Below, piece by piece: positions 1 through 14,034 of a DNA stretch of 64,000 nt. The notes beneath the pieces were generated by a model. The model saw only the letters and a program-made list of their open reading frames with translations. It was not told the DNA's origin and ran no database searches. The stretch is taken from positions 86,778,236 through 86,842,235 of the forward strand of contig NC_052161.1 of the NCBI RefSeq assembly GCF_902713615.1, read 5' to 3'. Both the position numbers and the translations under genes were made by a program. Within the stretch, counting starts at the first letter, position 1. Every line of letters starts with the position of its first letter. This DNA comes from Scyliorhinus canicula (Eukaryota).

Positions 1-3000
1 GAAGGTGGATATTTTAAAAACTCCGAAACAACTTTGTGTAACCGGCAATGTTGATGCCGATTGGTGCACATTTAAACAACAGTTTACACTGTATGTAGCA
101 GCTCTAGGATTGCAGGTGCAGCCAGATGAAAGAAAGATAGCGTTGTTGCTAACGGTAGCCGGCCCACAGGTGATTGAGATTTATAACACCTTCGTATATG
201 AACAAGAGGACAATAGTAAAAGCTTCGATGCCCTCATCTAAAAATTTGACGAGCATTGCACATTGAAAAAGAATAAAACTTTTTGAGCGATACATATTTT
301 GAACACGCATGCAGAAGATGAGCGAGTCCTTTGATAGATTTCTTACTGACCTCAAGTTGAAAGCACAACGTGTAATTTCGCGGCTTTAAAATCTTCAATG
401 ATTCGGGATCAAATTGTCTTTGGAGTAAATGATGATAAGGTGCGTGAACTTCTCTTACAGGAGAATGAGCTTCAGTTAGAGGACACAATTAAGATTTGCC
501 CCGCTCGTAAACGAGCTGGGCAACATATCAGCACATTGAAGAACAAAGTTTTGGCGCGAAAATTGGGAGCAATGCTGGCGCCATAGTTGTTGTGATGTAC
601 TCAGAAATTAAACATGGACTCCGCAGCGACGGCCATTTTAAATGCTCGGTAGAAGCAGCCATTACATGGAAAAGATGTGGAAACTGGCACCTACCGAGAC
701 AATGTCCAACTTATGGCAAAATGTGCACAAAGTGCAAAGGGAAAAAACATTTTCCAAAACAATGTTTCACAAGCAAGAAAGTTAATGTAGGGAAGTCAAT
801 CAATGCAATTTAAGAAATTAACTTGGAAGGCACATTTTTATTGATGTAGACACAGATGAAGACAGGGCAAACATAGCCAAAAGGAATAAAATCTCACCTC
901 CAAGAACAAAAATGATAATGGAATAGTGACAAATGACAAATGGACAGTTTCTTTGTTGATAAATCGATCGCTTATCACTGTGAAGTTAGATTCAGGAGCA
1001 AGAGCAAACCTCATAAGCGTCAGTGATATCAAGGCTGTGCAATTAAAACCGAGAATATTGAACAAACCAGTCTTCTCGAAGGACTATAATGGTCAGAGAA
1101 TGGACACATTGGGAATGTGTGAATTGGACGCACAAGTAAAAGATAAAGTGCACAAAATTAAAATTCTCGATACTAGCTGCAGATTGTGAGTCATTATTAG
1201 ATGGTGAAGTGTGTGAACCACTGGAACTGGTGAGAAGAGTGTATAACACTGACTGTGTACTGAGCACACAGAGTGGATCAGTGGGGTCCATTGTGCTGGC
1301 TTTTCCAGAAATATTCCAGGGTTTTGGTGTTTTACCTTTCACTGACAGGATTCAATTAAACAATGATGCTCAATCAGTGATATATGTTCCAAGAAGAGTT
1401 CCAGCACCATTACGTGACCGTCTGAAAGCTGAATTAGACAGGATGACACATTTTGACGTTATAAAAAAGATTGAAGAGCCGACAGATTGGGTCAATTCGA
1501 TGGTATGTGTAAAAAAAAGATACAATGATCTTCGAATATGTATGGATCCCAAAAAATTTAAATGCAAATATAAAATGGAATCACTATTCGATACCTAAAA
1601 GAGAGGAGATCACAAGTGAGGTATCTGGTGCAAAATATTTCAGCAAATCTGATGCTTCGCAAGGATTCTGGCAGCTCAAGCTAGATGAAGAAAGTACCAA
1701 GTATTGTATGTTCAATACTCCGTTTGGTAGATATTGCTTTCTTCATATTCCCTTTGGCATAATCTCAGCATCAGGAATATTCCACAGAGCGATGGAACAT
1801 ATTACTGAAGGCATTCAGGATGTTCGAGTATACGTCGATGACATCATCATTTGGGGTTCCACCCAAGAGGAACACAATGACAGGCTAATTAGGGTATTAC
1901 AAAATTCAACAAAGCCAAATGTCAGTTTGGTGTAAATAAATAGCGTTCCTCGGAGAACGATTACCGGCTCAAGGAATAGAACCTGATGACATTAATAATA
2001 ATCTTTGTTAGTGTCACAAATAGGCTTACATTGACACTGCAATGAAGTTACTATGAAAAGCCTCTCGTTGCCACACTCCGTTACACTGAGGGAGAATTTA
2101 GAATGTCCAATTCACCTGACTGCACGTCTTTCTAGACTTGTGGGAGGAAACCGGAGCACCCGGAGGAAACCCACGCAGACACAGGGAGAAATTGCAGACT
2201 CCGCACAGACAAGCCTGGAATTGAACCTGGGTTCCTGGCGCTGTGAAGCAACAGTGCTAACCATTGTGCTTCCCATGCCGCCCATAAGATACAAGTCATC
2301 CTGAATATGCCTTGACCTACAGATTAAAAGGGAGTACTAAGAGTACTGGACATGATCAACTTCATTGGAAAGTTCATACCAAATCTCTCAGCAAAGACAG
2401 CAGGTCTCAGAGATATCCTGCAGAAAGTGAACATCACTTGGACTGAACAGTATGAACAAGAATGGATAAGACTAAAGAAAGGTCTCAAGACCACATCAGT
2501 ATTAACATTTCTCGATCCAACAAAAACTACCCCAAGATTTCAACAGATGCATTGAAGGATGGTCTGGGTGCAGTATTGCTGCAACAGGAAAATGGTAGTC
2601 ATTGGAAACCAGTGCCATGCTTCAAGATCTATGACAGAATCTGAATGTCTTTATGTACAAATAGAAAAAGAGTGTTTAGGGCTAGTGAATGGTTTGGAAA
2701 ATTGCCATAACTACCTATCTGGTCTACCTACTTTCATTGTCAAGACAGATCTAGCTCATCAGTAAATTGTGTAATCATGCACACAAAAGAACATTTGCAC
2801 GGCATGGAATAGCTGAGTTAGTAATGAGTGGTAATTGACCATGCTTCACAGTAAAGAATGGCTGGAATTTTCACAGCAATATGATTTTAAGCATTAACGT
2901 CAAGTCCATTATAACCGCAATCAAATGGCAAAGCAGAAATGGGGTTCAGATAGTCAAGCAATTACTGAAGAAGGCCATGGACAGTACAGATGATCCATAT

Positions 3001-3480
3001 TTAGCACTGCTCAGTTACCGAACATCTCCATTAAATTGTAGTTTATCGCCAGCAGAAATGTTGATGAATCTGAAACTATGAATAACTCTGCCATGTCAGA
3101 CCGAGCAAAGGCTGAATGAGAAGATAAGGGGTCAGATGGAATCTCAGAAGAAGAAACAAAAGGAATATTATGCCAAGTCTACCAGGAGTCTGAAACCTTT
3201 GAAACTGAATGACATGGTGAGAGTGGAGGATCCTGATGACTGGTCAAAACGTGCTAAGGTATTGCAGAAAACAGGTCCAAGGTCCTGTACTGTGATAACT
3301 GAGCAAGGACAGGTTTGAAGGGGGAATAGACCAGCACTCCTAAAAGTGAAGCAACCTGTTGCTGAACAGCGAGGGGAGGATGGATATGAAAGTTTACATT
3401 CATCGAAACCGACACAACCAGTGAACGGGCTAAATGTCAAAGTACAGAATGATGTTCAGAACAATGATACAATCACAGCA
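1..3480 (+). mobile_element. Degenerate Gypsy LTR retrotransposon, internal region (gag-PR-RT-RH-IN), copy 1
   Basis: Fragments match gag (IRDQIVFGV), protease (KLDSGA), RT (YVDDIIIWG), RNase H (YVQIEKECL) and integrase (SNGKAE, YRTSPL). Many stops and frameshifts. Confidence 0.92.
1994..2283 (-). mobile_element. tRNA-derived elasmobranch SINE
   Basis: Head with A/B boxes and conserved body. Duplicate at 54207-54496. Confidence 0.88.
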
Positions 3481-3494
3481 GATGGACCTACAGA

Positions 3495-3625
3495 ATAATA
3501 ATCATCTTTTTATTATCACAAGTAGGCATACATTAACACTGCAATCAAGTTACTGTGAAAAGTCCCTAGTCTCCACATTCCGGCGCCTGTTCGCGTACAC
3601 AGAGGGAGAATTCTGAATTCAGAAT
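3495..3625 (-). mobile_element. SINE 3' fragment
   Basis: Same tail as 1994-2283. Duplicate at about 55705-55840. Confidence 0.7.
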
Positions 3626-5089
3626 GGCAGCCATGGAGTAAGAGGTCGCTTATTTGGTAGCTCCCACTCATGGTGGACCTTTGGAACCCTTTCCCCCGAC
3701 TTATGGTGGATTTGATCAGCAAAGTAGGAGACTGGTGAAGTAGAGGAGAAGGATTCCCCACCAGTGTGTGTATTCATGGACCAGAAGTGGTCTGCAAAAG
3801 AGAGATTGTTGGGCAAAGAAGGGAGTGGAGACTGCAGCACAGGAGAATATGGTGAAGGCTCAGGGACTGGGATTGCTGAACCAGTGATCAATGGAGCAGC
3901 TGGTGGAATTCCTTCAGGAGAGCTTTGCCAAGCAAAGACAAGAGTACCTGGACCAGATTTAAGATGGGGATTGACCGGGTGGAGCAAAGATTGGAAGCCC
4001 AGGGCCAGGCCATCCAGAAGGTGGACGAGGTGGTGGCTGAGTATGAGGACCAGCTAGCCGCGATGGCGGCGGAGATGGGGATGATGAGGGACCACCAGAA
4101 AAGGCTGCAGAAGAAGGTGGAGCATCTGGAGAACAGGTCGCGTAGGCAGAATTGGAGGATCGTTGGCCTCCCGGATGGCAGCGCAGGATCGGACACAGGG
4201 GTATATGTGGCACGTATGTTCAAGATGCTGCTGGGGGAAGGTGCATTTACTCGACCCTTGGAAGTGGACAGGGCGCACAGAGCGCTAGTGAGGAAGCCAC
4301 GGATGAATGAGCAGCCGAGGGCGATGGTGATACGAATGAACTGGTTCCTGGATAAGGAACAGATCTTGGCCGTGGGCCAGGCAGACGAGGAGCTGTAAAT
4401 AGGAGAATAATCAGCTGTGCATTTACCAAGACGTGGGCACAGAACTGGCCAAAAGAAGGGCGAGCTTCAACAAAGTTAAAACGGCCCTCTTCAAGAAGGG
4501 GGTGAAGTTCGGCATGTTGTACCCAGCTCGTTTGTGGGTCACTTATGAGGGTTAAGAACTTTATTTCAGATCGCCTGGGGAGGCAATGAACTTTGTTAAG
4601 GACAGGGCACTGGCAGGTAAGGAGGACATTGAACTTGTGGACGAGTAATTCTGTGCCTATGCTGCTAAATATATTTTCTTTTTGAGCTGTGTATGTAGTG
4701 TTTTGTACCTTTTTTTGGGCCGTTGCTCAGTTTTGTACGTGGGTGAACTTTGCTCATAATGGGGGATGGTGGGTGGAATTTCCTTCTTTGTGTTTGTTGA
4801 GGATTGTTATGTTTTGCATATGTATGTTCGAGCAGTGGGGGGGGAGGGAGATCAGTGGGGGGTAGGATGCTTGGCGCCATGGGCGGGGGCTACCAGGTTA
4901 GCTGGGCGGGCTAGCTCACGGAAGCACAGAGGGGGGCGAGTAGGTGACAAGTTTGATATGGGGGGTTGGTATTGTTGTTACGATTGGGGGGCGGGGGGGA
5001 GCAAACTGGAGGTCAATGACAGTGGGCGCCTGAGGGCGGACCTGAGGAGGCACGGGATGCGGGCTGGCCTAAGAAGGGTGATGGTTGAT

Positions 5090-5123
<34 letters not shown>

Positions 5124-5174
5124 GACCAGGCTGATCACATGGAACGTGAGAGGGCTCAGTATGCCGGTCAAGAG

Positions 5175-5638
5175 CGTTTAGTTATGCTCTTGACTTAGCA
5201 TAAGCTGCTTCCTGATGTGCACTCTGACAAAGGAAGGTTCAGACTTGGAAATAGCTTTAACACATTTATTAAACTGTTAACGATTCTCCTACTTGGATTT
5301 GACTCTCCTGTTAATCCTGCTATAGTTACTCAGACTGACGAACCAGTCTGCTACAATCCAGGTGGTGGGTGTGATGTGTTTCAAATCAACCCTGTGTACA
5401 CACTGAGAGTCTCCACTGGAAAGTGGAAGATCATGTGTGTGGTGTCCTTTTATATGGATTGGTGTAATGCCCCTCTGTGGTAGTGTCACCTCTGTGTGCC
5501 CATTGGTTGTGTCCTATCTTACTGGCCTATTGGTTGAATGTCTGTGTGTCATGTCTCTGGTGCTCCCTCTAGTGTCTAGCTAGTTTTCGTGTATTAACAT
5601 TAACCCCTTGTGTATTTACAGTGATGCACATCACCACA
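5175..5638 (-). mobile_element. Solo LTR inserted in the L1 endonuclease region
   Basis: 464 bp, (T/C)G..CA ends, 5-bp TSD AAGAG (5170-5174 and 5639-5643). TATA and AATAAA lie on the minus strand. Confidence 0.88.
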
Positions 5639-7639
5639 AAGAGGGCTCGTGTGATCTCGCATCTGAAGAGGCTGAAGGTGGACGTGGCAATGCTGCAGGA
5701 GACACACCTGAGGGTAGTGGATCAGACTAGGTTGAGGAAGGGGTGGGTTGGGCAGGTATTTCATTCAGGGCTAGACTCTATAATTAGAGGGTTTGCGATC
5801 TTGATCAATAAGCAGGTGTCATTTGAGGTAGGGAATAATGTGGCAGACTCAGGGAGTAGGTATGCTATGGTGAGTGGGAAGCTGGAGCGGATGCCGGTGG
5901 TATTAGTGACTATCTATGCACCAAACTGGGACAACGCGGAGTTTACGTGTCAGGTGTTAGGGAAGATCCCGGACCTGGACTTACATAGGCTGATCATGGC
6001 ATGGGACTTTAATGCGGTCATTGATCTGAGGTTGGATCAGTAGAGTTCAAGGAACTAAAGGGGTTTATGGAACAGTTGGGGGGGGGGGGTTTGGGTAGAT
6101 CCGTGGAGGTTCGCATGGTCAAGAGCGAAGGAGTTTTCTTTTTCTCCCATGTTCACAAAGTGTACCGTACTGTTTTCATTTTGAATAGGGCTTTGCTGGC
6201 GGGGATGGTAGATGCTGAGTACTCAGCGATTGTTGTGTCGGACCATGCCCCACACTGGGTGGATTTACGGGTGAGCAAGGAGGGGGGTCAGCCTGCAATA
6301 GAGATTGGATGCAGGACTGTTAGCGAATGAGGGAGTGTGCGGACGGGTGGGGGAGGCCATCCAGAATTATTTGGAGATCAATGACACAGGGGAGGTTTCG
6401 GCAGCGACAGTGTAGGAGGCGCTGAAGGCAGTGGTTAGGGGGGAGCTAATTTTGATACGGGCTCATAGGGAGAAGGTGAAGCAGGCAGAGATGGATAGGC
6501 TGGTTAGGGAGATACTCCGGGTGGATAGAAGGTATTCTGACGCCCCGGAGGCGGGACTGTTGAAGGAGCGGCAGATGCTGCAGATGGAGTTTGGTCTGAT
6601 ATCCATAGGGAAGGCGGTGGGGCAGTTGAGGAAGGCGAGGGGGTCGGTATATGAGTATGGTGCTGGCACACCAGCTAAGGATGAGGGAGACAGGAAGAGT
6701 AAAGGACAGAGGAGGGAATACGGTCTTGGACCCAGCGGGGGGGGTGAACGGGGTGTTCAGGGAGTTTTACAGTCGGCTGTATGAGTTGGAGACCCCAGCT
6801 GGGGTGGAGGGGATGAGGCAGTTTTTGGAAGGGTAGAAGTTTCCGAAGGTGAAGGAAGGGTTGGGAGCCCCGATCGGGATTGTAGAAGTAACAGAGGGAT
6901 TGGAGGACATGCAGTAGGGGAAGGCCCCGGGACCAGATGGTTACCGAACTGGAATTTTATAAGAAGCTTTCTGGGATGGTGGGCCTGCTGCTGGAAAGAG
7001 CATTTAATGAGGCAAGGGAGTGAGGTGCCCTTCCCCCCCCAACAATGTCACAGGCTTCAATCTCATTGATCCTGAAGCGGGAGAAGGACCTAGAGCAATG
7101 CGAGACATTCAGATCAATCTCCTTACTGAATGTTGATGCCAAATCGCTGGCCAAAATTCTAGCCTCGAGGATACAGCACCGTGTTCCGGGGGTGATAGGG
7201 GAAGACCAGGTGGGGTTTGTCAAAGGCAGGCAGCTAACGGCCAAAGTTTGAAGGCTCCTGAATGTGACCATGATGCCCGCCGAGGGAGAGGGTGGGAGGG
7301 GGGTCACCATGGATGCGGAGAAGGCCTTTGACCGGATGGAATGGAATTATCTGTGGGAGGTCCTGGGACGGTTTGGGTTTGGGCAGGGCTTTGTTGATTG
7401 GGTTCGGTTGCTGTACCAGGCACCGGTGGCAAGTGTGCAGACAAACCGGGTGAACTCAAACTACTTTAGACTGCATCGGTGTACTTTAGACTCGCTGTAC
7501 GCAGACAACCTACTCCTGTATATTTCTGACCCGTATAGGGGGGATGGGATAGGTTATGCTGATATTAGGGGAATTTGGCCGGTTCTCGGGGTACAAATTG
7601 AATATGGGTAAGAGCGAGGTTTTTGAGATCCATGCGAGG

Positions 7640-7995
7640 GGGCAGGAGAGGAGGCGAGGTGTCAGGAGAGGAGGCTGGGGGGCAGGAGAGGAGGCGAGGT
7701 GGCAGGAGAGGAGGCGAGGTGGCAGGAGGAGGCGAGGCAGCAGGAGAGGAGGCGAGGTGGCAGGAGAGGAGGCGAGGTGGCAGGAGAGGAGGTGAGGTGG
7801 CAGGAGAGGAGGGGAGGTGGCAGGAGAGGAGGCGAGGTGGCAGGAGAGGAGGTGAGGTGGCAGGAGAGGAGGTGAGGGGGCAGGAGAGGAGGCGAGGTGG
7901 CAGGAGAGGAGGCGAGGTGGCAGGAGAGGAGGCGAGGTGGCAGGAGAGGAGGTGAGGTGGCAGGAGAGGAGGTGAGGGGGCAGGAGAGGAGGCTG
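7640..7995 (+). repeat. 20-bp G-rich minisatellite (ggcaggagaggaggcgaggt)n inside L1 ORF2
   Basis: About 18 units read directly. Confidence 0.95.
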
Positions 7996-9740
7996 GGGGA
8001 GCAGCCGTTCAAAGTGGTGGGAGCGAGTTTTCGCTACTTGCGAATTCAGGTGGCACAGGGATGGGAGCAGCTACAAAAATCAAATCTGTCCCAGTTAGTT
8101 GAGCAAATGAAGCAGGATTTCCGGAGGTGGGACATGCTCCCGTTGTCACTGGCGGGGGTGGGTACAGACTAAAAATGACAGTCCTCCCCAGATTTTTGTT
8201 TGTTTTCCAATGCCTCTATAATTTGATACCAAAGGCCTTTTTTAAGCGGGTAAATAGGGTCATATTTCTGTTTGTGTGGGCGGGTAAAACCCTGCGAGAA
8301 AAGACAGTGGTGCCGGGGGTGTGTGTGTGTGTGTGTGTGTGTGATGGGGGGGGGGGGGGGGGGGGGGGGGCCTGGCACTGCCGAACTTTAGGAATTACTA
8401 CTGGACGGCAAATATAGCCATGATTAGGAAGTGGGTAGTGGAGAAGGGGTCGGTGTGGAAGCGGGTGGAGACGGCCTCATGTAAGGGTACAAGTTTGGGG
8501 GCATTGGTAACGGCTCCTCTGCCGTTCTCGCCGGCCCGGTACTCTGCAAGACCGGTGGTAGTGGCGGTTCTGAGAGTCTGGGGCAGTGGCGGAAGCTTTT
8601 GGGAGTGGACGGTGCGTCGGTGTGGGCTCCAGTTTGTGGTAATCACCAGTTTGTACCGGGGAGGATGGATGAGGGGTTTCGGAGGTGGGAACGAACAGGG
8701 AGTGAGAGGCTGGGGGATCTGTCTATTGATGGCAGCTTTCCCTGTTTGGAGTATCTGGAAGAGGAGTTTGAATTGCCGGGAGGGAATGGGTTTCGGTATC
8801 TGTAGCTGAGGGATTTTGTGCAAAGGCAGGTTTCGACCTTTCCGCTTCTACCATCGCAGGGGATACAGGATAAGGTAGTCTCTAGGATGGGAGTGGGCGT
8901 AGGGAATGTATCGGAAATCTATAAAGAACTTAGTAATGGGAGGAAACCCAGATGGATGAGTTAAAGCGTAAATGGGAAGATGAGCTGGGAGGGGAGTTAG
9001 AGGCGGGTCTGTGGGAGGATGTCCTGAGCAGAATCAACACGTCCTCATCATGTGCCAGGCTCAGCCCCTGATACAATTCAAGGTGGTTCACTGGGCACAC
9101 ATGATGGTGGCCCGGATGAGCAGGTTTTTTGGGGTGCAGGATGAGGTGTGCAGGAGGGCCCACAAATCATGTCCACAAGGTTTGGGCACGTCTGAAGCTT
9201 GGGGGATTCAGGCAGAGATTTGCGGATGTCATGTCCACGGTACGAAAAACGAGGGTGGCACCGAATCCAGAGGTGGCGATTTCTGGAGTGTCGAAAGACC
9301 CGGGAGTCCAGGGGGCAAGAGAGGCTGACATCTTGGTCTTTGCCTCCTTGGGAGCCCAGAGGCAGATCTGATTGGCATGGGGAGACTCAAAGCCCCCGAA
9401 ATCGGGGATATGGGTTAGTGACATGGCCGGGTTTCTCAGGCTTGAGAAAATGAAGTTCGCTCTGAGAGGATCAACGTTAGGGTTCGTCAGGAGGTGGCAG
9501 CTGTTTATCAACTTCTTCGGGGAAAATTAAACTGTTAGCAGATACAATAAGGGGGAGGTTAGGGGGTAAAGGGGGGGGGGGGGGAGGGGGGAGTTAGGCT
9601 AGTTTTGGTCTAGATTGGACAGGAACAGTGGGAGATGGAGGGATGCGTTATGCACTGAATTATGTTTACATTTGTATTTGTATCTTTTATTGTCATAAAA
9701 CCATAAATACCTTAATAGAAAATGTTTGTAAAAAAAAAAA

Positions 9741-11373
9741 TGATGCCCTTGGAGGGACGGAGGTGGCAGTCGCTATGGACATGGAGGAGGCCTTTGATTG
9801 GGTAGAATGGGAATATTTGTCGGAGGTACTGGGACAGTTCGGTTCAGGTAAGGGTTTGTGGATTGGGTCCGGTTGTTGTATCGGGCGGCGGTAGCAAGTG
9901 TAAGGACGAATCGGTTGAGTTTGGGGTATTTCGGGCTGCATTGTGGGACAAGGCAGGTTTGCTCACTCTCCCCATTGTTTGCATTGGTGATAGAGCCACT
10001 GGTAATGGCACTGAGAGCTTCAAGAAGCTGGCAGGGCATAGTGCAGGGGAGGGGGCTGGATCACAGGGTCTCGCTATATGTGGACGATCTGTTGCTTTAC
10101 AGACCGGATCCATTGAAAGTATTGGAGGGTTTATGGACATTTTGGTGGAATTCGCGTGGTTTTCCGGGTAAAAATTAAACTTCGGGAAGAGTGAGGTCTT
10201 TTCGATCCAGGCGAGGGGCAGGAGAGGAGATTGGGGTGAGCTGCCGTTTAAGGTAGTGAAAATGAAAATCGCTTATTGTCACGAGTAAGCTTCAATGAAG
10301 TTACTGTGAAAAGCCCCTAGTCGCCACATTCCGGCGCCTGTCCGGGGAGGCTGGTACGGGAATCGAACCGTGCTGCTGGCCTGCTTGGTCTGCTTTAAAA
10401 GCCAGCAATTTAGCTCAGTGAGCTAAACCAGCCCTAATGGGGGTGAGTTTCCGGTATCAGGGCATCCAGGTGGAGTGGGGGTGGGAGCAGCTACATAAAT
10501 TGAATTTGGCACAGTTGGTGGAGCAGATGAAGGATGATTTTAAGAGGTGTGACGTGCTCCCATTGTCATTGGCGAGGGTAGGGTTTCGGAGATCTATAAG
10601 GTGTTAATGGACTGGGAGGGAGCCCCGATAGGAGACGTTAAGTGGAAGTTGGAGGGAGAGCTGGGGAGTGAGGTGGAGGCAGGGTATGGGAGCAGGGTCT
10701 GAGGAGGGTGAATGCATCTTCTTTGTGTGTTGGGCTTAGCCTTATTCAATTTAAGGTACTCCATATGGCGGTGGGCAGAATGAGCAGGTTTTTTGAGGGG
10801 GTGGGGGATAGGGGTGGGCGGTGTATGGGGGGACCTGCGAACCATATCCACATGTTCTGGGCCTGTCCGAAGCTGGAGGGATTCTGGCGAGGAGTCGCTG
10901 GTGTGATGTCTGAGGTGTTGAGGGCGAAGGTTGTCCCAAGTCCAGAAGTGGCGATTTGTGGAGTGTCGGAAGACCCGGAGTCCAGGGGGGGGGAGAGGCC
11001 GATCTTTTCACCTTTGCCTCTCTGGTAACCCGGAGACAGATCTCGCTGGCAGGGAGGGAATCGGGGTTGCCAAAACCAGGGGTGTGGGTCAGCGACCTCG
11101 CAAAATTCCTTCGGTTAGAAAAAATTAAGTTCACCTTGAAAGGGTCTGTGGAGGGTTTGCCCGGAGATGGAAACCGTTTATCGACTTCTTCAAGGATAGT
11201 TAAGAAGTCAGCAGTAGGGGGGGGGGGGGGGGTTAGAAAATGGTGGCAGGGAGAATGGAGGGGAACGGCAGGGAGGGTTTGTTAGGCAATTTCCTGTTCT
11301 CTTTTTGGTTTTGGTTGTGCTTGTTGTATGTATACAGTATAAATGCCTCACTATAAACATTTATTTAAAAAAA
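9741..11373 (+). mobile_element. Second L1 RT/3' fragment with poly(A)
   Basis: DMEEAFDWVEW, SLYVDDLLL, HMFWACPKL, ending aaacatttatttaaaaaaaa. Confidence 0.85.
10259..10434 (-). mobile_element. Short SINE present only in duplication copy 1
   Basis: Absent at the homologous site near 63560. Same family as 29769-29960. Confidence 0.85.
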
Positions 11374-11568
11374 AGAACTGGGGGAAGTCATGGAGAGCAT
11401 CAACTCCATGCAGGCAGGGTAGACGTTGGGACCAGATGGATTCCCGGCGGACTTCCAGAAAACATTTGCAACAGCACTGGCCCCACATTTGCGAGAGATG
11501 TTCGCATACTCACTAGTAAGGGGCTCCCAGCCACCAACAGTAGCACAAGCATCAATATAGTTCATACT

Positions 11569-11856
11569 TGTGGTGAACGTATTATAGTAACCATTCACCA
11601 CTGTACTACATTGGACCACGGTGTTGCCCATGTGGGCTCCACCTATGGACCATTGTACTGTACTACACTGATTGTATCATGTTGGTGCCATTGTGGGCTC
11701 CGCCCCTGGCTCCGCCCCCTTGAGGGGAGGTAAAAAGAGCAGCTTACCCTGTAGGCGGCTCTCATTGTAGAGCAGTCGCAGGCAGGCACTGTTCTAGTCG
11801 ATTAAAGCCACTGTTCACTTCAACTCTCTGTCTCATGTGAATTGATTGCTGCATCA
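11569..11856 (+). mobile_element. Solo LTR related to the LTRs of the 14702-18752 Gypsy
   Basis: TGTGGTGAACG..GCATCA, sharing the gcagtcgcaggcaggcac..attaaa block. Confidence 0.85.
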
Positions 11857-12628
11857 ATAAACAACAAGGACAAAGACTCGACTGAGTGCGGGTCCTCCAG
11901 ACCCATTCTCGCTGCTCAATGTAGACTCAAAGATCCTGGCGAAGGCCTTGGTGAGGTGGCTAGAGAGTGGCATTCCAGAGGTAAGTTGCGGAAGATCAGA
12001 GGGGCTTTTCAAGGGTAGGCAGCTAACATCGAACTTCAGGGGCCTGCTGAATATGACCCCATCTGAGGAGAGAACATTTGAAGTGATCATCTCCCTGGAT
12101 GCAGAAAAGACCTTCGACAGAATCGAGTGGAGGCTTCGACCAGGATTCCTGCCTGGGTGAAACTCCTGTACAACGTTCCCATAGAGAGCGTACGGACAAA
12201 CACCACCAGCTCTAAATACTTCCAGCTGCACAGAGGCACGAGGCCCAGGTTCCTCTTCCTGTTCAGATCCCTCCCGATCTACAGCCCCAAAGCCTTTTTC
12301 AACATGGTCAACAAACTAATCATGGCATTTGTGTGGCGGGGGGTGGAGGGGGAAGAGATCACGAAGATCCAAAGGAAGGTCCGACAAAGGAATAGAAGGA
12401 TGGGTGGCCTGGGCCCTCCCAAACCTACAATCAAGAGTGAGGGGATGGATGAAGGAACCGGGAGCAGCGTGGGCGAAGATTGAGGACAGTTCCTGCTCAA
12501 GGATATCCCTCTGAGCCCTTGTCACAGCCGCTCTCCTACCCCTCCCGGCCAAATACCCAAGAAGCCCAATAGTGGTAGCCACGCTCCAAATTTGGCATCA
12601 AATGAGGCAACACTTTGGCCTAACCAGA

Positions 12629-12975
12629 GGGCAGCACGGTAGCACAGTGGTTGGCACAGTTGCTTCACACCTCCAGGGTCCCAGGTCCAATTCCCAGCTG
12701 GGTCACTGTCTGTGCGGAGTCTGTACGTTCTCCTCGTGTCTGCATGGGTTTCTTCCGGGTGCTCCGGTTTCCTCCCACAGTCCAAAGATGTGCAGGTTAG
12801 GTGGATTGGCCGTGCTAAATGTTACCTCAGTGTCCAAAAAGGTGAGGTGTGGTTACTGGGTTACGGGGATAGGGTGGAGGCGTGGGACTTAAATAGGGTG
12901 CTCTTTCCAAGGCCCAGTGCAGACTCGATGGGCCGAATGGCCTCTTTCTGCACTGCAAATTCTATGATTCTATAT
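12629..12975 (+). mobile_element. tRNA-derived SINE
   Basis: gggcagcacggtagcacagtggtt head and (ttctatga) tail. Confidence 0.9.
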
Positions 12976-13177
12976 GTCTCCCATCTGCAATAACCATAGC
13001 TTCATTCCTGCATTAATGGATGCCACCTTCTAAATGTGGAGACAGGACGAGGGGACACTGATGGTTTGGGATATATACACGGATGATCAAGTAGCGACCC
13101 TGGGGGAACTCACGGAGATGCTCCAGTTAGTTACCAAGGCAAAATGAGCTCCGATCATTCAGGTCAAAAACCTCCTC

Positions 13178-13510
13178 TGTAAGCAAACTATGTTATTCTC
13201 TAAGTCTGAATAAAGATTGTAGACTTCCAGTTAACACAAATACTTTATTCAGTGGGTTTGTTCTGTTTCCAGAGCTTAACTAGATATAATACAGCCAAGA
13301 GTTATGACCAGTGAAGCTAAGGTAAGCTGCCTATACTGAGCTGTCTCTCTCCGCTGCTGCTCACTAGCCCTGTGCTTCTGGAAGAGGCAGATCCTCCCTT
13401 GGGCTGGACCCTTTATACCCGTCTCTGATGCTGCCCTCTGGTGATGCTGTGGCTGTTACATCTGTCTGTAGTCCCTGGTGTATGTGCAGATGTGTGTACA
13501 GATCACTACA
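13178..13510 (-). mobile_element. Solo LTR
   Basis: TG..CA ends, minus-strand TATA (gggtataaag) and AATAAA. TSD not clear. Confidence 0.7.
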
Positions 13511-14034
13511 GAAATGACAATGTAGCCCCCGATATCAGGACAAGCTAGTAGCAGAACTGCTGGACACGAGCGACTCAGGGAAGGGAAACAGGACGGACTG
13601 GTAGGGGAGACTGTTGGAGGAGGTGTGCTCCCCTCAGGATGAGACAAGGACAGAAAGGAATAGGAATAGAGGTGAGGGAGGGGGGGGGGGGGGGGGGATT
13701 CTGAATCAAAGCACTTTACAGGGTGAATTCCACATGCATGGGACTGAGCCAAACGCAGCTAAAGGCGGTGCACAGAGCGCACCTAACCAGAACCCGAATG
13801 AGTGGGTCCTTCCTGGAGGTGGAGGGCCAGTGAACGGTGCCAGGGAGGCCCGGCCAAACATGCACACCCATATATTCGGGGCCTGCCCCAGGCTTGTCGG
13901 GTTCTGGACAGCCTTCTTTGAGGCAATGTCATGGTTGTGGGAGTGAGAGTGGAGCCATGCCTGAAAGTGGCAGTGTTCAGGGTATCAGATCAGCCAGAGC
14001 TCCTTACAGAGAGAGGGGCAGACCCCCTAGCCTT

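Larger units (their letters stand above)
3626..9740 (+). mobile_element. Degenerate L1-clade LINE (family A), copy 1
   Basis: ORF1 fragments (LENRSRRQNWRIVGLP, RAHR), APE endonuclease (VAMLQETHL, TIYAPN, SDHAPH), RT (SISLLNVDAK, DAEKAFDR, LYADNLLL), and a poly(A) end near 9740. Confidence 0.92.
11374..14034 (+). mobile_element. L1 family B, RT and 3' part, interrupted by solo LTRs and a SINE
   Basis: GPDGFPADF-like segment, IISLDAEKTFDRIEW, and HIFGACPRL. Confidence 0.8.

Noticed and set aside
7623-8012. Arg/Gly/Glu-rich ORFs (also 59772-60643)
   Set aside because: Translations of the 20-bp minisatellite.
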